From contig JACPFE010000206.1 of assembly GCA_016183145.1 (NCBI GenBank), positions 1-50,203 of the forward strand: a stretch of DNA of 50,203 bases, written 5' to 3'. Shown here piece after piece: positions 10,525 through 21,178 of the stretch (within the stretch, counting starts at the first letter, position 1; the number at the start of each line of letters is the position of its first letter). Made by a program: the position numbers and the translations under genes. The notes under the pieces were generated by a model. That model was not told where the DNA came from and ran no database searches. It worked only from the letters and a program-made list of their open reading frames with translations. The stretch is from Deltaproteobacteria bacterium. Its GTDB lineage: Bacteria; Desulfobacterota; Binatia; UBA9968.

Positions 10525-10553
10525 TTGACAGCCGGCATGGCCGTACTTAACTT
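10525..10553 (+). promoter_or_regulatory. candidate sigma70-type promoter TTGACA-N17-TAACTT upstream of hsp20
   Basis: TTGACA at 10525-10530, a 17-nt spacer and TAACTT at 10548-10553, about 40 nt before the start codon. Confidence 0.35.
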
Positions 10554-10593
10554 TTTACCATCTTAGTAATAACCCTAAAAGGAGGGGCTTTTT

Positions 10594-11040
10594 ATGGAAC
10601 TAGTAAGATGGGAACCGTTCGAGGGTGTGAACAGAATTCAGTCCCGGATCAATGATTTGTTCGACGACACGTTCGGTCGGACACGGGCGCAACAGAGTGT
10701 CGCCACTGGAGTCTGGTATCCTCCTGTGGACATTCTGGAAAGTAAGGATTCGTATCTCATTCGCGCCGAGCTGCCAGGGATGAGAAACGAGGACCTCAAA
10801 ACTGAAGTGAACGACGGGACATTGACACTCAGTGGCGAGAGAAAGTTTGAAGATGCGGCCAATGGCGTCGAGTACCACCGGGTCGAGCGGGTTGCAGGTA
10901 AATTTTCTCGATCCTTCTACCTGCCGCAAACCGTGAAACACGATGGCATCAAAGCGACCTATCGGGACGGGATACTTGAAATACAAGTTCCCAAAGCCGA
11001 CGAGGCCAAGCCACGACAGATCGCAATAAGCCTGAACTGA
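10594..11040 (+). CDS. Hsp20/alpha-crystallin small heat shock protein
   Basis: 'PPVDILESKDSYLIRAELPGM', 'LTLSGERK' and 'GKFSRSFYLP...ATYRDGILEIQVPK'. GGAGG ribosome-binding site. Confidence 0.92.
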   Translation: MELVRWEPFEGVNRIQSRINDLFDDTFGRTRAQQSVATGVWYPPVDILESKDSYLIRAELPGMRNEDLKTEVNDGTLTLSGERKFEDAANGVEYHRVERVAGKFSRSFYLPQTVKHDGIKATYRDGILEIQVPKADEAKPRQIAISLN

Positions 11041-11069
11041 TTCGCGTCAAATAGAGCAGCAACATTGGA

Positions 11070-11103
11070 GGGGGGAAGCAGGATTGCTTCCCCTTTCTTT
11101 TTC
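11070..11103 (+). terminator. rho-independent terminator after hsp20
   Basis: GGGGAAGCA-gga-TTGCTTCCCC hairpin followed by TTTCTTTTT. Confidence 0.7.
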
Positions 11104-11123
11104 GTTGAGTCATGATTTGGACG

Positions 11124-11158
11124 CAAAAAAAGGGCGCCTGATGTCTCAGGCGCCCTTT
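11124..11158 (-). terminator. rho-independent terminator after groEL
   Basis: AGGGCGCCTGA/TCAGGCGCCCT hairpin. On the minus strand it is followed by TTTTTTT (plus-strand A-run at 11125-11131). Confidence 0.7.
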
Positions 11159-11184
11159 CTGTTTCACACGGTCGATTAAACGGC

Positions 11185-12822
<1,638 letters not shown>

Positions 12823-13113
12823 TTATTCAATGACGCCCAGGATGTCATCTTCCTTCATGATGAGATGCTCTTCGCCATCAAGTTTGATTTCAGTGCCCGA
12901 GTATTTTCCGAAAAGGATCTTATCCCCAGCCTTAACACCCAACGGGATAATTTTCCCATCTTCATATCTGCCAGGGCCGACCGCCACAACTTTACCTTCC
13001 TGCGGCTTCTCCTTGGCGGTATCCGGGATGATGATACCTCCCTTGGTTTTCTCCCCTTCCTCTGTGCGCTTAACGATCACCCTGTCATGCAGGGGACGAA
13101 ACTTTATCGCCAT
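12823..13113 (-). CDS. groS: co-chaperonin GroES
   Basis: 96 aa with '[13 protein letters not shown]', '[24 protein letters not shown]' and '[10 protein letters not shown]'. Confidence 0.97.
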   Translation of the reverse strand: MAIKFRPLHDRVIVKRTEEGEKTKGGIIIPDTAKEKPQEGKVVAVGPGRYEDGKIIPLGVKAGDKILFGKYSGTEIKLDGEEHLIMKEDDILGVIE

Positions 13114-13172
13114 ACGAACCTCCTCAAATAAAACGTAGATTTACATTCCCAAACCAACTATTGGATGCAGCA

Positions 13173-13200
13173 AATTTAATCTCGTGGGGCCGATCGTCAA
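13173..13200 (-). promoter_or_regulatory. candidate sigma70-type promoter TTGACG-N16-TAAATT upstream of groES
   Basis: On the minus strand: TTGACG (13195-13200), a 16-nt spacer and TAAATT (13173-13178). No CIRCE inverted repeat seen. Confidence 0.35.
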
Positions 13201-13229
13201 GGGGGGAAGGCGAAAAAAATCAAGGATTA

Positions 13230-13616
13230 CTACCTTTTGTTTCCATCGCGCTTATAGGGAGGATCGGCGATGGTTCTCAGGTAGGCGACGATATCGCGGA
13301 TTTGCCTTTCGTTAAAAGAGCTTCCCCACGCCGGCATGAAGCTGGACTTGCCCACTGCGCTCCCGCCCTTTGATATGACATCGGTCAAGAACTTATCAGA
13401 AAGCTGATTCATGACCGCCCCATTGGTATGGTCCGCCGGTTTAACCGGAAACGACTGGGCGGCCATGCCATCCCCCTTGCCCTTTTCGCCGTGGCATGCT
13501 GTGCAATACGTTACATAGAGCTTTCTACCTTCTCCGCGATTCTGTGCCCCCGCCGTGTCGATGCTAATGCTGGAAAGCGCCAGGAATCCGAGAAGCGAGA
13601 CGATCCGGTGAATCAA
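13230..13616 (-). CDS. class I c-type cytochrome (secreted)
   Basis: Signal-peptide-like N-terminus, a single haem motif 'CTACH', and a distal Met context 'SFMPAWG'. Confidence 0.8.
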   Translation of the reverse strand: MIHRIVSLLGFLALSSISIDTAGAQNRGEGRKLYVTYCTACHGEKGKGDGMAAQSFPVKPADHTNGAVMNQLSDKFLTDVISKGGSAVGKSSFMPAWGSSFNERQIRDIVAYLRTIADPPYKRDGNKR

Positions 13617-13783
13617 ATCTAGACCACTTTCTATTTTAGAGTCTTTCCCTATACCAGATTAGAGAGCGAAACGAAACCAGACCGGTTAAACCAGCACCGT
13701 CCGTCTTAACGGGCGCTATCCATCGCGCAGAAAGAGTGATAAGAATTCCGGCTCAGGCAATCGACCACATTTCGGAGGACTGT

Positions 13784-14404
13784 ATGATCAAGATCTGGGG
13801 CAGAACGGATTCATCCAACGTGCAAAAGGTGCTGTGGTGTTGCGGCGAGTTGGGAGTCGAATTCGACCGAACCGATCTGGGCGGCAAATTCGGCGGCAAC
13901 AAGGAAAAACCGTATTTAGACATGAATCCCAACGGACTCGTACCGACGATTCAGGACGGAGACTTCATTCTTTGGGAATCGAACAGCATTATGCGCTATC
14001 TTAATGAGAAATACGGCCAGAGCAGACTGCTGCCATCGACTGTCGAAGGCCGGGCCAACGCCAACCGATGGATGGATTGGCAATTGTCGGCGTTGAATCC
14101 CTCCATCGTGCCGCTGTTTTCGAACCTCATCCGCACGCCGGCGGATAAACGCGATCCCAAAGTCGTTCAAGCCGCATTGGACAAAACCAGCGCCGCTTGG
14201 CAAATGGTCGAGAATCAGCTTACGCACGGCGCGTTTGTCGCCGGCGATCATTTGTCCCTGGGAGACATTCCCCTCGGCGTGTGGGCCTATCGCTGGTTCA
14301 ATCTGCCCATCCAACGGCCGAAATTCCCCAGACTGGATGCTTGGTACCAACGGCTGCGCGAACGCCCGCCGTACCAGAAGCACATCATGATTCCCGTGAC
14401 ATGA
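13784..14404 (+). CDS. glutathione S-transferase
   Basis: 'MIKIWGRTDSSNVQKVLW', 'NPNGLVPTIQDGDFILWESNSIMRYL' (thioredoxin-like N-domain) and a helical C-domain. The ATG at 13784 is preceded by GGAGGA. The ORF track start is 13736. Confidence 0.85.
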   Translation: MIKIWGRTDSSNVQKVLWCCGELGVEFDRTDLGGKFGGNKEKPYLDMNPNGLVPTIQDGDFILWESNSIMRYLNEKYGQSRLLPSTVEGRANANRWMDWQLSALNPSIVPLFSNLIRTPADKRDPKVVQAALDKTSAAWQMVENQLTHGAFVAGDHLSLGDIPLGVWAYRWFNLPIQRPKFPRLDAWYQRLRERPPYQKHIMIPVT

Positions 14405-14486
14405 GCCCTTTCTGACTTCATTTGAAGCAACCGCGCGAACAGAACGTAACGAAACTTTTTGAAGACGGGGCGGCGAGAACGGGCAG

Positions 14487-15399
14487 CTAGGCGATTTTGC
14501 CACCCTCAGCCAAGCGCATCACCGCGTCGACGATTTGATCGACGTCGGGTATCATCGCGTCAACCAGCGGCGGGCTGTGCGGCGGAGGAATCGGCTGGGC
14601 GCCGATTCTCACCACGGGTCCTTTGAGATCGGAAAACAAACGGCGCCAAAGAGCGCAGATCGACGATCTCGATATCGATGCCCTTTTGCTTCAGCAGATC
14701 GGCAGCGGCGTCGGCCTTCAGTACCATGCCGCCGCAAGTTACGATCGTGAGATCCTTACCTGCGCGGCGCACCACAGCCTTGCCGATGGGCACCAGGTAT
14801 TCGCCCTCCGGGACGGGTCCGCGTACGCCGTAAAGATAGTGGCTCTCGAAGCAGAGCACGGGATTGGGATCGCGAATCGCGGACAGCAGCAAGCCCTTCG
14901 CGTCCGCCGGCGTCGTCGGCATGATAATTTTCAGTCCGGGAAAATGGATGAACGCTCCGTGATTGCAGCTCGAATGGCTCGGCCCGCCGCCCGGCCGGGT
15001 GGCGAATTTGTTGCGCACGACCAGCGGCACGTTGACTCGCCCGCCGGTCATATAATGGTAGCGCGCCGCGTGGCTGGCGAGCTGGTCCATGGCGAGCGGT
15101 AAGAGATCGCAAAACTGGATTTCCACGACGGGCCGCATGCCGTTGATCGCCGCGCCGACGGCAAGTCCGATCATCCCCGCCTCCGAGATCGGCGTGTCGA
15201 GCACCCGGCTCTCACCGAACTCTTGCAGTAAGCCTCGGGTGACGCCGTAAGCGCCGCCGAAAAGCGCCACGTCCTCGCCCATGACGAAGACCCGATTGTC
15301 GCGGGCCATCTCGTAGCGCAACGTCTCGCGCAGCGCCTCCTGCATGCGCAGCTCTTTCACCGCGCCTTGAGTTTCTCCCGCGCTCATCGGCTTAGCCAT
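14487..15399 (-). pseudogene. 2-oxoacid (pyruvate/acetoin-type) dehydrogenase E1 beta subunit with internal deletion + frameshift
   Basis: The main frame is normal E1-beta up to 'IDIEIVDLRSLAPF', then runs into junk and stops at 14560. Another reading frame, offset by one nucleotide, continues as 'FSDLKGPVVRIGAQPIPPPHSPPLVDAMIPDVDQIVDAVMRLAEGGKIA*' (stop at 14487-14489), which is the normal E1-beta C-terminus. About 40-45 residues between the two pieces are missing. Confidence 0.6.
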
Positions 15400-16372
15400 C
15401 GGCCACCTCCGTCACAGCGTAAACGCCGCTCAAGTCCACTTCTTTCTTCGGCAGCGGCGCCGCTTCCGCTCGCTTCGCCACTTCGTCCAGCTCCGCGTAG
15501 ACATCTGCCGACATCTTCGCGAATTCCTGCTCGGTCAGATGACCTTCTTGGATTAACTTTTCTTTTAGTTTTTTGATCGGACACTTCTGCTTCCAAGCCT
15601 CGACCTCTTCCTTTGAACGGTAGCCGGTGCCCGGATCGCCGCCGAAGTGGCCGTCCCAGCGGTAGGTGACGCATTCGAGAAACGTCGCGCCGCCGCTGCC
15701 GCGTCCTTTAGCCGCCGCCGCTTGAGTCGCCTCGCAAACCGCTTCGACGTCGTTGCCGTCGATGGTTTTGCCTTCGAAGCCATAGGCTTGTCCGCGCACC
15801 GACAACTGCTTTACCGCGGTGCTCTTCTCCAAACTGACCGTCATCGCGTATTGATTGTTCTCGCATACATAGATCACCGGGAGTTTCCACACCCCCGCCA
15901 TATTCATCGCCTCATGCACCACGCCCTGATTGGCCGCGCCGTCGCCGAAGAAGCTGACGACGACTTCCTTTGAGCCGCGCACCTTCGCGGCGAGCGCCGC
16001 GCCGGTGGCCGTGGGCACCGTGCCACCAACGGTGCCGGTGTTGCCGAGAAAGCCAAAGGCTAGGTCGCCCATGTGCATCTTGCCGCCGCGCCCTTTTGAA
16101 TAGCCGTCCGCTCTGCCCATGCACTCGCAGAGCAGCGTGTACAGATCGGCGCCTTTGGCGATCAGATGGCCCGTGCCGCGGTGATAGCTGGCAATCAGGT
16201 CCGTCGCCTGCAAAGCCGAACAGACGCCCACTGCGATCGCCTCTTGGCCGCGATAGGAATGGGTACTGCCGAACATAGCTTTTCGCTGATAAAGCTCCTC
16301 CAGCTTCTCTTCGAACGCGCGGATTAATATCATCTGCCGCAGCATCGCTTTTCTCTTCGCCTGATCCAGCAT
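15392..16372 (-). CDS. 2-oxoacid dehydrogenase E1 alpha subunit (TPP-dependent)
   Basis: 326 aa with 'SYRGQEAIAVG' and the TPP motif 'FFGDGAANQGVVHEAMNMAGVWKLPVIYVCENNQYAM'. Overlaps the beta subunit start by 8 nt. Confidence 0.9.
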   Translation of the reverse strand: MLDQAKRKAMLRQMILIRAFEEKLEELYQRKAMFGSTHSYRGQEAIAVGVCSALQATDLIASYHRGTGHLIAKGADLYTLLCECMGRADGYSKGRGGKMHMGDLAFGFLGNTGTVGGTVPTATGAALAAKVRGSKEVVVSFFGDGAANQGVVHEAMNMAGVWKLPVIYVCENNQYAMTVSLEKSTAVKQLSVRGQAYGFEGKTIDGNDVEAVCEATQAAAAKGRGSGGATFLECVTYRWDGHFGGDPGTGYRSKEEVEAWKQKCPIKKLKEKLIQEGHLTEQEFAKMSADVYAELDEVAKRAEAAPLPKKEVDLSGVYAVTEVADG

Positions 16373-16436
16373 GGGCCCTCCTTCTCGCGGAGCGGTGTAG
16401 TAAAACGCGTTCGCTTTTCCGCTCGTCGCTCGTCTC

Positions 16437-16466
16437 TAGTTAGTTGTACTTGGTCGCGATTGTCAA
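16437..16466 (-). promoter_or_regulatory. candidate sigma70-type promoter TTGACA-N18-TAACTA upstream of E1 alpha
   Basis: On the minus strand: TTGACA (16461-16466) and TAACTA (16437-16442), about 65 nt before the start codon. Confidence 0.3.
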
Positions 16467-16540
16467 GCCGATCCCGGCTTGACGCAACCGAATGCTCCAC
16501 CTCCAAAAGGCACAACCACTCCGGCGGCGCACCGCTAGCG

Positions 16541-16578
16541 GATTGCTGTCTAATATTGGACAGCTTTGAAAAGATTTA
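16541..16578 (-). promoter_or_regulatory. conserved palindrome-containing element, copy A (upstream of E1 alpha)
   Basis: Plus strand: GATTGCTGTCTAATATTGGACAGCTTTGAAAAGATTTA. It overlaps the desaturase stop codon. Its near edge is 169 nt from the E1 alpha start. Confidence 0.6.
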
Positions 16579-17514
16579 CCGCGTAGCAAGAGCCGCCAAC
16601 GAGCGAAAACTTATCAGCTTTTGTTGTTTTTCATCGTACAAGGCTAGGCCTAGCGACTTGATGCTCGTTCGGATAGTCACGGGCTTGATTGCGTGAAAGG
16701 CGGGAGTGTCATCGTGGCAGCGTTGCAGGTTGTAATTGGGAATGCTTGGTCGAACATGGTGAATGTGATGCAGTCCGATGTTGCCTGTGAACCATTGCAG
16801 GATTGTCGGCAGCTTGAAATAAGAACTACCCTCCAGCGCCACTTTCATCGGATCCCAAGATTCGTGGCGCGACCAGTAGACGCTCTCAAATTGATGCTGG
16901 ATATAGAACAGCCACAAGCCAAGGCTGGCGCCGATCAATATGACGGGCAACTGAATCAAGAGATAGGTCTGAAAACCGATCGTCAAGCTCGCCGTTCCGA
17001 CAATGACCAAGAGCGCCACGTTGGTGAGGAACACGCTCCGTCGCTCCCTCTTTCCCGCACCCTTGGTAGCAAACCTCTGGAAGAATAAAAACAAAAGTGC
17101 TGCACCCGGACCAAACAAGACAAAGGGATTCCGATAGATCCGGTACACGAGGCGTTTTCGCGGGGGCGCTGCCAAATACTCTGCTGTCGTCATCGTCCAA
17201 ATATCGCCGACTCCCCGACGATCCAGGTCCCCGGCCGTGGCATGATGTAAGTTGTGAGCATGCCTCCAGTCCGCAAACGGTGTGAAAGTCAAAATACCTG
17301 AAACATAGCCCAGGATTGTGTTCGTCCGGCGCGAGGCAAAGAAAGAACCATGACAGCAATCGTGGAAAAGGATAAAAATGCGTACCATGAAGCCTGCCGC
17401 CACCACTGCCAACACCAGTGTGATCCAATAGGGATACTCCTGTTGAACCGTATGGATGCTGAGATCCGAATACGCGTACTTACCGATAGCCTGATACCAA
17501 ACCGGTTTGGACAT
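16576..17514 (-). CDS. membrane fatty-acid desaturase
   Basis: Three His boxes ('HDCCHGS', 'HNLHH', 'HHIHHV') and TM segments. I prefer the start at 'MSKPVWYQ' (17514), because the ORF-track N-terminal extension (to 17706) runs through element copy B. Confidence 0.85.
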   Translation of the reverse strand: MSKPVWYQAIGKYAYSDLSIHTVQQEYPYWITLVLAVVAAGFMVRIFILFHDCCHGSFFASRRTNTILGYVSGILTFTPFADWRHAHNLHHATAGDLDRRGVGDIWTMTTAEYLAAPPRKRLVYRIYRNPFVLFGPGAALLFLFFQRFATKGAGKRERRSVFLTNVALLVIVGTASLTIGFQTYLLIQLPVILIGASLGLWLFYIQHQFESVYWSRHESWDPMKVALEGSSYFKLPTILQWFTGNIGLHHIHHVRPSIPNYNLQRCHDDTPAFHAIKPVTIRTSIKSLGLALYDEKQQKLISFRSLAALATR

Positions 17515-17610
17515 TTTCAGTTTACTAGATCCTGCATCAGCGAGCATTAAGTACCTCGGGAGTGAAAAACCTACGTCGAGAATTGGTTTGACGATATGCC
17601 GACGAAGAAG

Positions 17611-17650
17611 GGATTGTTGTCTAATATTGGACGGTCTTAAAAATAGAATC
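17611..17650 (-). promoter_or_regulatory. conserved palindrome-containing element, copy B (upstream of desaturase)
   Basis: Plus strand: GGATTGTTGTCTAATATTGGACGGTCTTAAAAATAGAATC. 97 nt from the start at 17514. Confidence 0.6.
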
Positions 17651-17911
17651 TTCAGGTTTTTTTGTGTGGCTGACCGCAGATCCGCCAAAGGACGGATCAG
17701 CCACAATTTTCAAGGCTGAGGCGCGTCCCTCGACAGGCTCGGGACGTGGTGAGCCCGCTGAACCACGGAGGACGTGGAGGAAATTGAATGAGGATATCAT
17801 CTTGGGGAAACCCTCGGCGAACTCCGCGCCTCTGTGGTGAATACTTTTCCAGAATAAACCGGAACAACCTAAAAAGAAAGGGCGCGTAGCTCGGCGATGG
17901 GTAGAGCCGCA

Positions 17912-18598
17912 CTAGGCGATCTGAGTCAGATAGTCGGTGAGTTTCTTCTCTTTTATGATGAGAAACCGATCTTCATTCGTCTCGATCAGCCCAAGGTTAT
18001 GAAATCGCTGCATAAATAGACTGACTCGTGGCCGCGTCGTTCCCACCATCTCGGAGAGTTCTTCATGGGAAATCTTCAGCTCGATGCGAATGCTGCGCGG
18101 GTCCGTCTTACCCATGGTGCGGGCCAATTGTAACAGCGTCTGGCCCAGCCGCTGTTCGCTATCCACCGTCACCAGATTGGCGATGACCTGCTGTTGGTCG
18201 GCAATGCGCACCGCCAGGTAGCGCACGAATCCCTCAAACAACGAGTCGCGGCTTAGCCGCGCAAAGAACTGAGCGCAAGGTATTTGTTTCAAGGTCGTTG
18301 CTTTCATCGCCGTCGCCGTTTCCAGCCGTGCGCCCAATCCGGATAAACATAGCTCACCGAAGATGTCTCCCCCGCCATGGATGGCAAGGAGGCACTCCTT
18401 GCCTTCGGAGGAGAGCATGAGCAGTTTGATCTGGCCACTCTCGATGAAGTAGACCATCTCGTCCTGATCGCCGCAGGTGTAGACGTTGGCGTGTCTGGCA
18501 ATCTTGATAGCGCGAGAATTCATGGTCTCGCGCTGCAACGAATCGCGCAATTGCTGTTTGAACTCGTCGGCTTGAGGAGTCTGTTGAATCGTCATCAT
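17912..18598 (-). CDS. Crp/Fnr family transcriptional regulator
   Basis: cNMP-binding-like 'YFIESGQIKLLMLSSEGKECLLAIHGGGDIFGE' and C-terminal HTH 'SHEELSEMVGTTRPRVSLFMQRFHNLGLIE'. The ATG at 18598 is preceded by AAAGGAG. Confidence 0.88.
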   Translation of the reverse strand: MMTIQQTPQADEFKQQLRDSLQRETMNSRAIKIARHANVYTCGDQDEMVYFIESGQIKLLMLSSEGKECLLAIHGGGDIFGELCLSGLGARLETATAMKATTLKQIPCAQFFARLSRDSLFEGFVRYLAVRIADQQQVIANLVTVDSEQRLGQTLLQLARTMGKTDPRSIRIELKISHEELSEMVGTTRPRVSLFMQRFHNLGLIETNEDRFLIIKEKKLTDYLTQIA

Positions 18599-18712
18599 GT
18601 CTCCTTTCGATGCCCACAATGATTATAACAACAGTCTGCTTACTCAGGGGGCTTGGCCGATCGATTATTATTGGCGTCGCAATACCACGACGGCTGAATC
18701 ACTGTTGATATA

Positions 18713-21028
18713 CTATCTTGTTGCCTGGGCTATGTCTACACGCGCGCGGCTCACGGGCAGTTGCTCAGCCCGGGAGCCCGCACGGTAGGTGAAGGCAAAA
18801 GACATGGTGAGGAAAAAGTCCTTAATCAAGCTGGTGGTGAGTTTCCCAAGATCAATGCTCCATATCCTCATACCGCTTAATTGTTCCAGGGTGTTGCCCC
18901 AGAACCGCTGTAGCGGCTCGCGCGAGTAGAGCGCGCGATTGCTCAAGGCGTCAAACTTAGCGTAAACAAGCCAGAATTTTGACGGCAGGCTTTGCTGCAG
19001 ACGTGCGTACACCTGCTGCCATTCCTGAATCCTGCTTCCCAGCCGGATGCTCCCGTGGATACGAACCATCTCATCGACCCATCCGCGGGCAGCCTCCCCC
19101 TCTCGGGTCAGGTGGCGCCGCACTTCCTGCAATCGCGATTGCAGGCCCTCCCATTGTCGCAGAAAGGCATTCAGATCTTTTCGCGCGGTAAGTATCTTTG
19201 CGGAAAGCTCTTCAAAGGGATCCAATAGGGCCTTGGCCTTAGCGGGGAGCGTCGACTTGGCGTCGTTGTAGGCCTTTTGCCACTCTGCGATCTTGAGCGC
19301 CTGCCAAATCTCTCCTTGAATTCGCTGCGCCTCGGCGAGCCATTTTTCTTCTTTTTCGCTCTTGTTGCGCGACTGGAGCCATACCTCTTCCATCTCTTTG
19401 AGAAATTTCGCCCACAGGGCGAAGAGATGGAGGACTTCTTTGGCGCGTTTCCAGAGGTGGACAAGGAGGGAATCCACAGCGAAGCCAGGTCTCCGCAATA
19501 GCCGGTCTTTTAGTCTGAAGAAGCCGGCAATCATCGGGTGCTCTGCCTCGATGAGCGCGGCATTTTTATACCAGAAAAAGATCGACATGAGATTCCAATA
19601 AGCCTTAGGGTTATGGTTCCATCGCGACAAGATCTTGATCATGTTCTCTTTGCTGTAGAAGGATTTCCACGCGTCCTGGTAGGCCTGGAACCACTCCTCC
19701 GCGGTCATGTTGGGATGCTCGATGGTCGCATGGAAGGAGTCGCGCTTGTTGAAATCTGGATCCATCCACTCACCGCGCTTTTTCATCTCGCGGTGATCAT
19801 GGGACCCGGGTAGTGGGGTCAACATAAAAAAGGATGCCTGATCCGGCCCAATGACATCCATGAGATAGCGGATGTCCTGCGGCACTTGCTCTTTGGTGTC
19901 GAAGGGAAGTCCGACAATGTAGCCGGTATGGACAACGATGCCGGCGTCGTGCCACTCGTTAATGATTTCCTGGTACTCTTCGACGTGATTCTGCCCTTTG
20001 CCTTCGGCCTTGAGGTTCTGGGGATTCACGCTCTCCATCCCGATAAAGACCTGGGTACAACCCGCTTCGGCCGAAAGCCGAACGAAATCTTTCGGCTTGC
20101 GCGCGAGATCTACCTGCATCATGAAAGAGATCTTGATGCCCGCTTTCCTTAGCTTGATGATTTCTTCGAAGGTCTCGCGCCAGAGTTTCTTGCGGGCAAA
20201 ATTATCGTCCGTAAAGAAGTAGAAGGAAACTCCGTGTTCGCGATAGTTCCTGCGCAGTAACTCGGCGATACTTTCCGGGCTGCGCTCGCGCATTTTACGG
20301 CCTTGGACGTTTATGATGGTGCAAAAGGAGCAGGTGAAAGGGCACCCCCGGGAGGTATCCGCGGTGCCGAATGAGGGTTTGGCAAAGTGCTGCATGGTCT
20401 TGGGGCTGATTCGGGGGAGCGGCGCATTGCCGATATCGACAAGGCTTTGCAGGTCTTGAGCGAATGAATAAATGGGCTTTAATCGGCCATGGAGCGCGTC
20501 CGCCAGGATCTCCGCCCAGTTCTCCTCGACTTCCCCGGATACGATCGAGATGGATTCCTTACCCAGCTCCTGGATGTCCGGCTCCTGGTCGCTCAGCATG
20601 TTGATGGTGCCGCTGGTGTGGAATCCGCCGATGATCACATCGATCCCAGCGGCGCGGAACTGCCGAGCCAGGTCGAAGGCCCTCGGAAACTGATTGGTTT
20701 GGACTCCCACCAAGCCCACGACAAGCTCGATAGAAGGACGCCGGCTCCAGCGAATGATTTTTTTTACCGGGAGTTTTTCCGCGGTCTCGTCAAAGGTGAC
20801 GATCTCAATTCTAAGATTGCCGAAAACCCGACTGTGCTTCACCTCTTCTGTCAAGCCGTGCAGGACGTTGAGCGTGTTGCTCGGGAGCACACCTTTCCAA
20901 AAGCGAATCACATAGCCGTCATCGTCGTACTTGGAGGGTTTGATCAGAACAATGCGGAATTTCTTAAACGGCAGCTCTGGCGTCGGCTCATTGGTCGCCT
21001 CACGCCCGCTTGTAAATTGGCTTAACAT
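18713..21028 (-). CDS. B12-binding-domain radical SAM protein with long helical C-terminal extension
   Basis: 771 aa. N-terminal Rossmann-like B12-type domain ('VGLVGVQTNQFPRAFDLARQFRAAGIDVIIGGFH'). Radical SAM cluster motif 'CPFTCSFC'. The C-terminal ~300 aa contain two related repeats (I.EWQ..Y...LP.K...F..LS). Confidence 0.85.
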   Translation of the reverse strand: MLSQFTSGREATNEPTPELPFKKFRIVLIKPSKYDDDGYVIRFWKGVLPSNTLNVLHGLTEEVKHSRVFGNLRIEIVTFDETAEKLPVKKIIRWSRRPSIELVVGLVGVQTNQFPRAFDLARQFRAAGIDVIIGGFHTSGTINMLSDQEPDIQELGKESISIVSGEVEENWAEILADALHGRLKPIYSFAQDLQSLVDIGNAPLPRISPKTMQHFAKPSFGTADTSRGCPFTCSFCTIINVQGRKMRERSPESIAELLRRNYREHGVSFYFFTDDNFARKKLWRETFEEIIKLRKAGIKISFMMQVDLARKPKDFVRLSAEAGCTQVFIGMESVNPQNLKAEGKGQNHVEEYQEIINEWHDAGIVVHTGYIVGLPFDTKEQVPQDIRYLMDVIGPDQASFFMLTPLPGSHDHREMKKRGEWMDPDFNKRDSFHATIEHPNMTAEEWFQAYQDAWKSFYSKENMIKILSRWNHNPKAYWNLMSIFFWYKNAALIEAEHPMIAGFFRLKDRLLRRPGFAVDSLLVHLWKRAKEVLHLFALWAKFLKEMEEVWLQSRNKSEKEEKWLAEAQRIQGEIWQALKIAEWQKAYNDAKSTLPAKAKALLDPFEELSAKILTARKDLNAFLRQWEGLQSRLQEVRRHLTREGEAARGWVDEMVRIHGSIRLGSRIQEWQQVYARLQQSLPSKFWLVYAKFDALSNRALYSREPLQRFWGNTLEQLSGMRIWSIDLGKLTTSLIKDFFLTMSFAFTYRAGSRAEQLPVSRARVDIAQATR

Positions 21029-21178
21029 ACCTTTTGCGCCTTCCTAAGATCGAATATACACTATTCCAATGTATAATTTTTTCCACTCCACGAGTAAAGC
21101 CGTATGCCTTAAATAGCGGCGCTTCTGGCTTTGTTGTGAATCCTTGTTTTCTCTTCAAATTCCGCCGTCCCCCTGTTT

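Noticed and set aside
13154-13164. CCAACTATTGG in the groES leader as a possible seventh, degenerate copy of the CCAATATTGG core.
   Set aside because: It has an extra base between the half-sites and none of the conserved flanks (TTTTCAAA, GCAATCC). It is most likely chance.
13114-13230. Expected CIRCE (HrcA) element or sigma32-type promoter upstream of groES.
   Set aside because: No TTAGCACTC-N9-GAGTGCTAA-like repeat is present. A CTTGAC...CCCCAC pair exists, but it is only 6 nt apart instead of 13-15.
16545-16564. Reading the dyad as a LexA/SOS box (CTGT-N10-ACAG in copy A).
   Set aside because: The E. coli-type box is CTGT-N8-ACAG. The extended CTGT/ACAG arms are present only in copy A. 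There is no copy upstream of recA, and none of the associated genes is an SOS gene.
16551-16575. Reading the conserved element as a sigma54 promoter (TGGAC-N4-TTGAAA).
   Set aside because: The spacing between the GG and the TTG is two nucleotides shorter than the invariant TGGCAC-N5-TTGC geometry, and the -12 GC is absent. The orientation would also point away from the associated genes.
20489-21025. 178-aa plus-strand ORF opposite the radical SAM gene.
   Set aside because: It is antisense to a 771-aa ORF that has a clear CxxxCxxC radical SAM signature.
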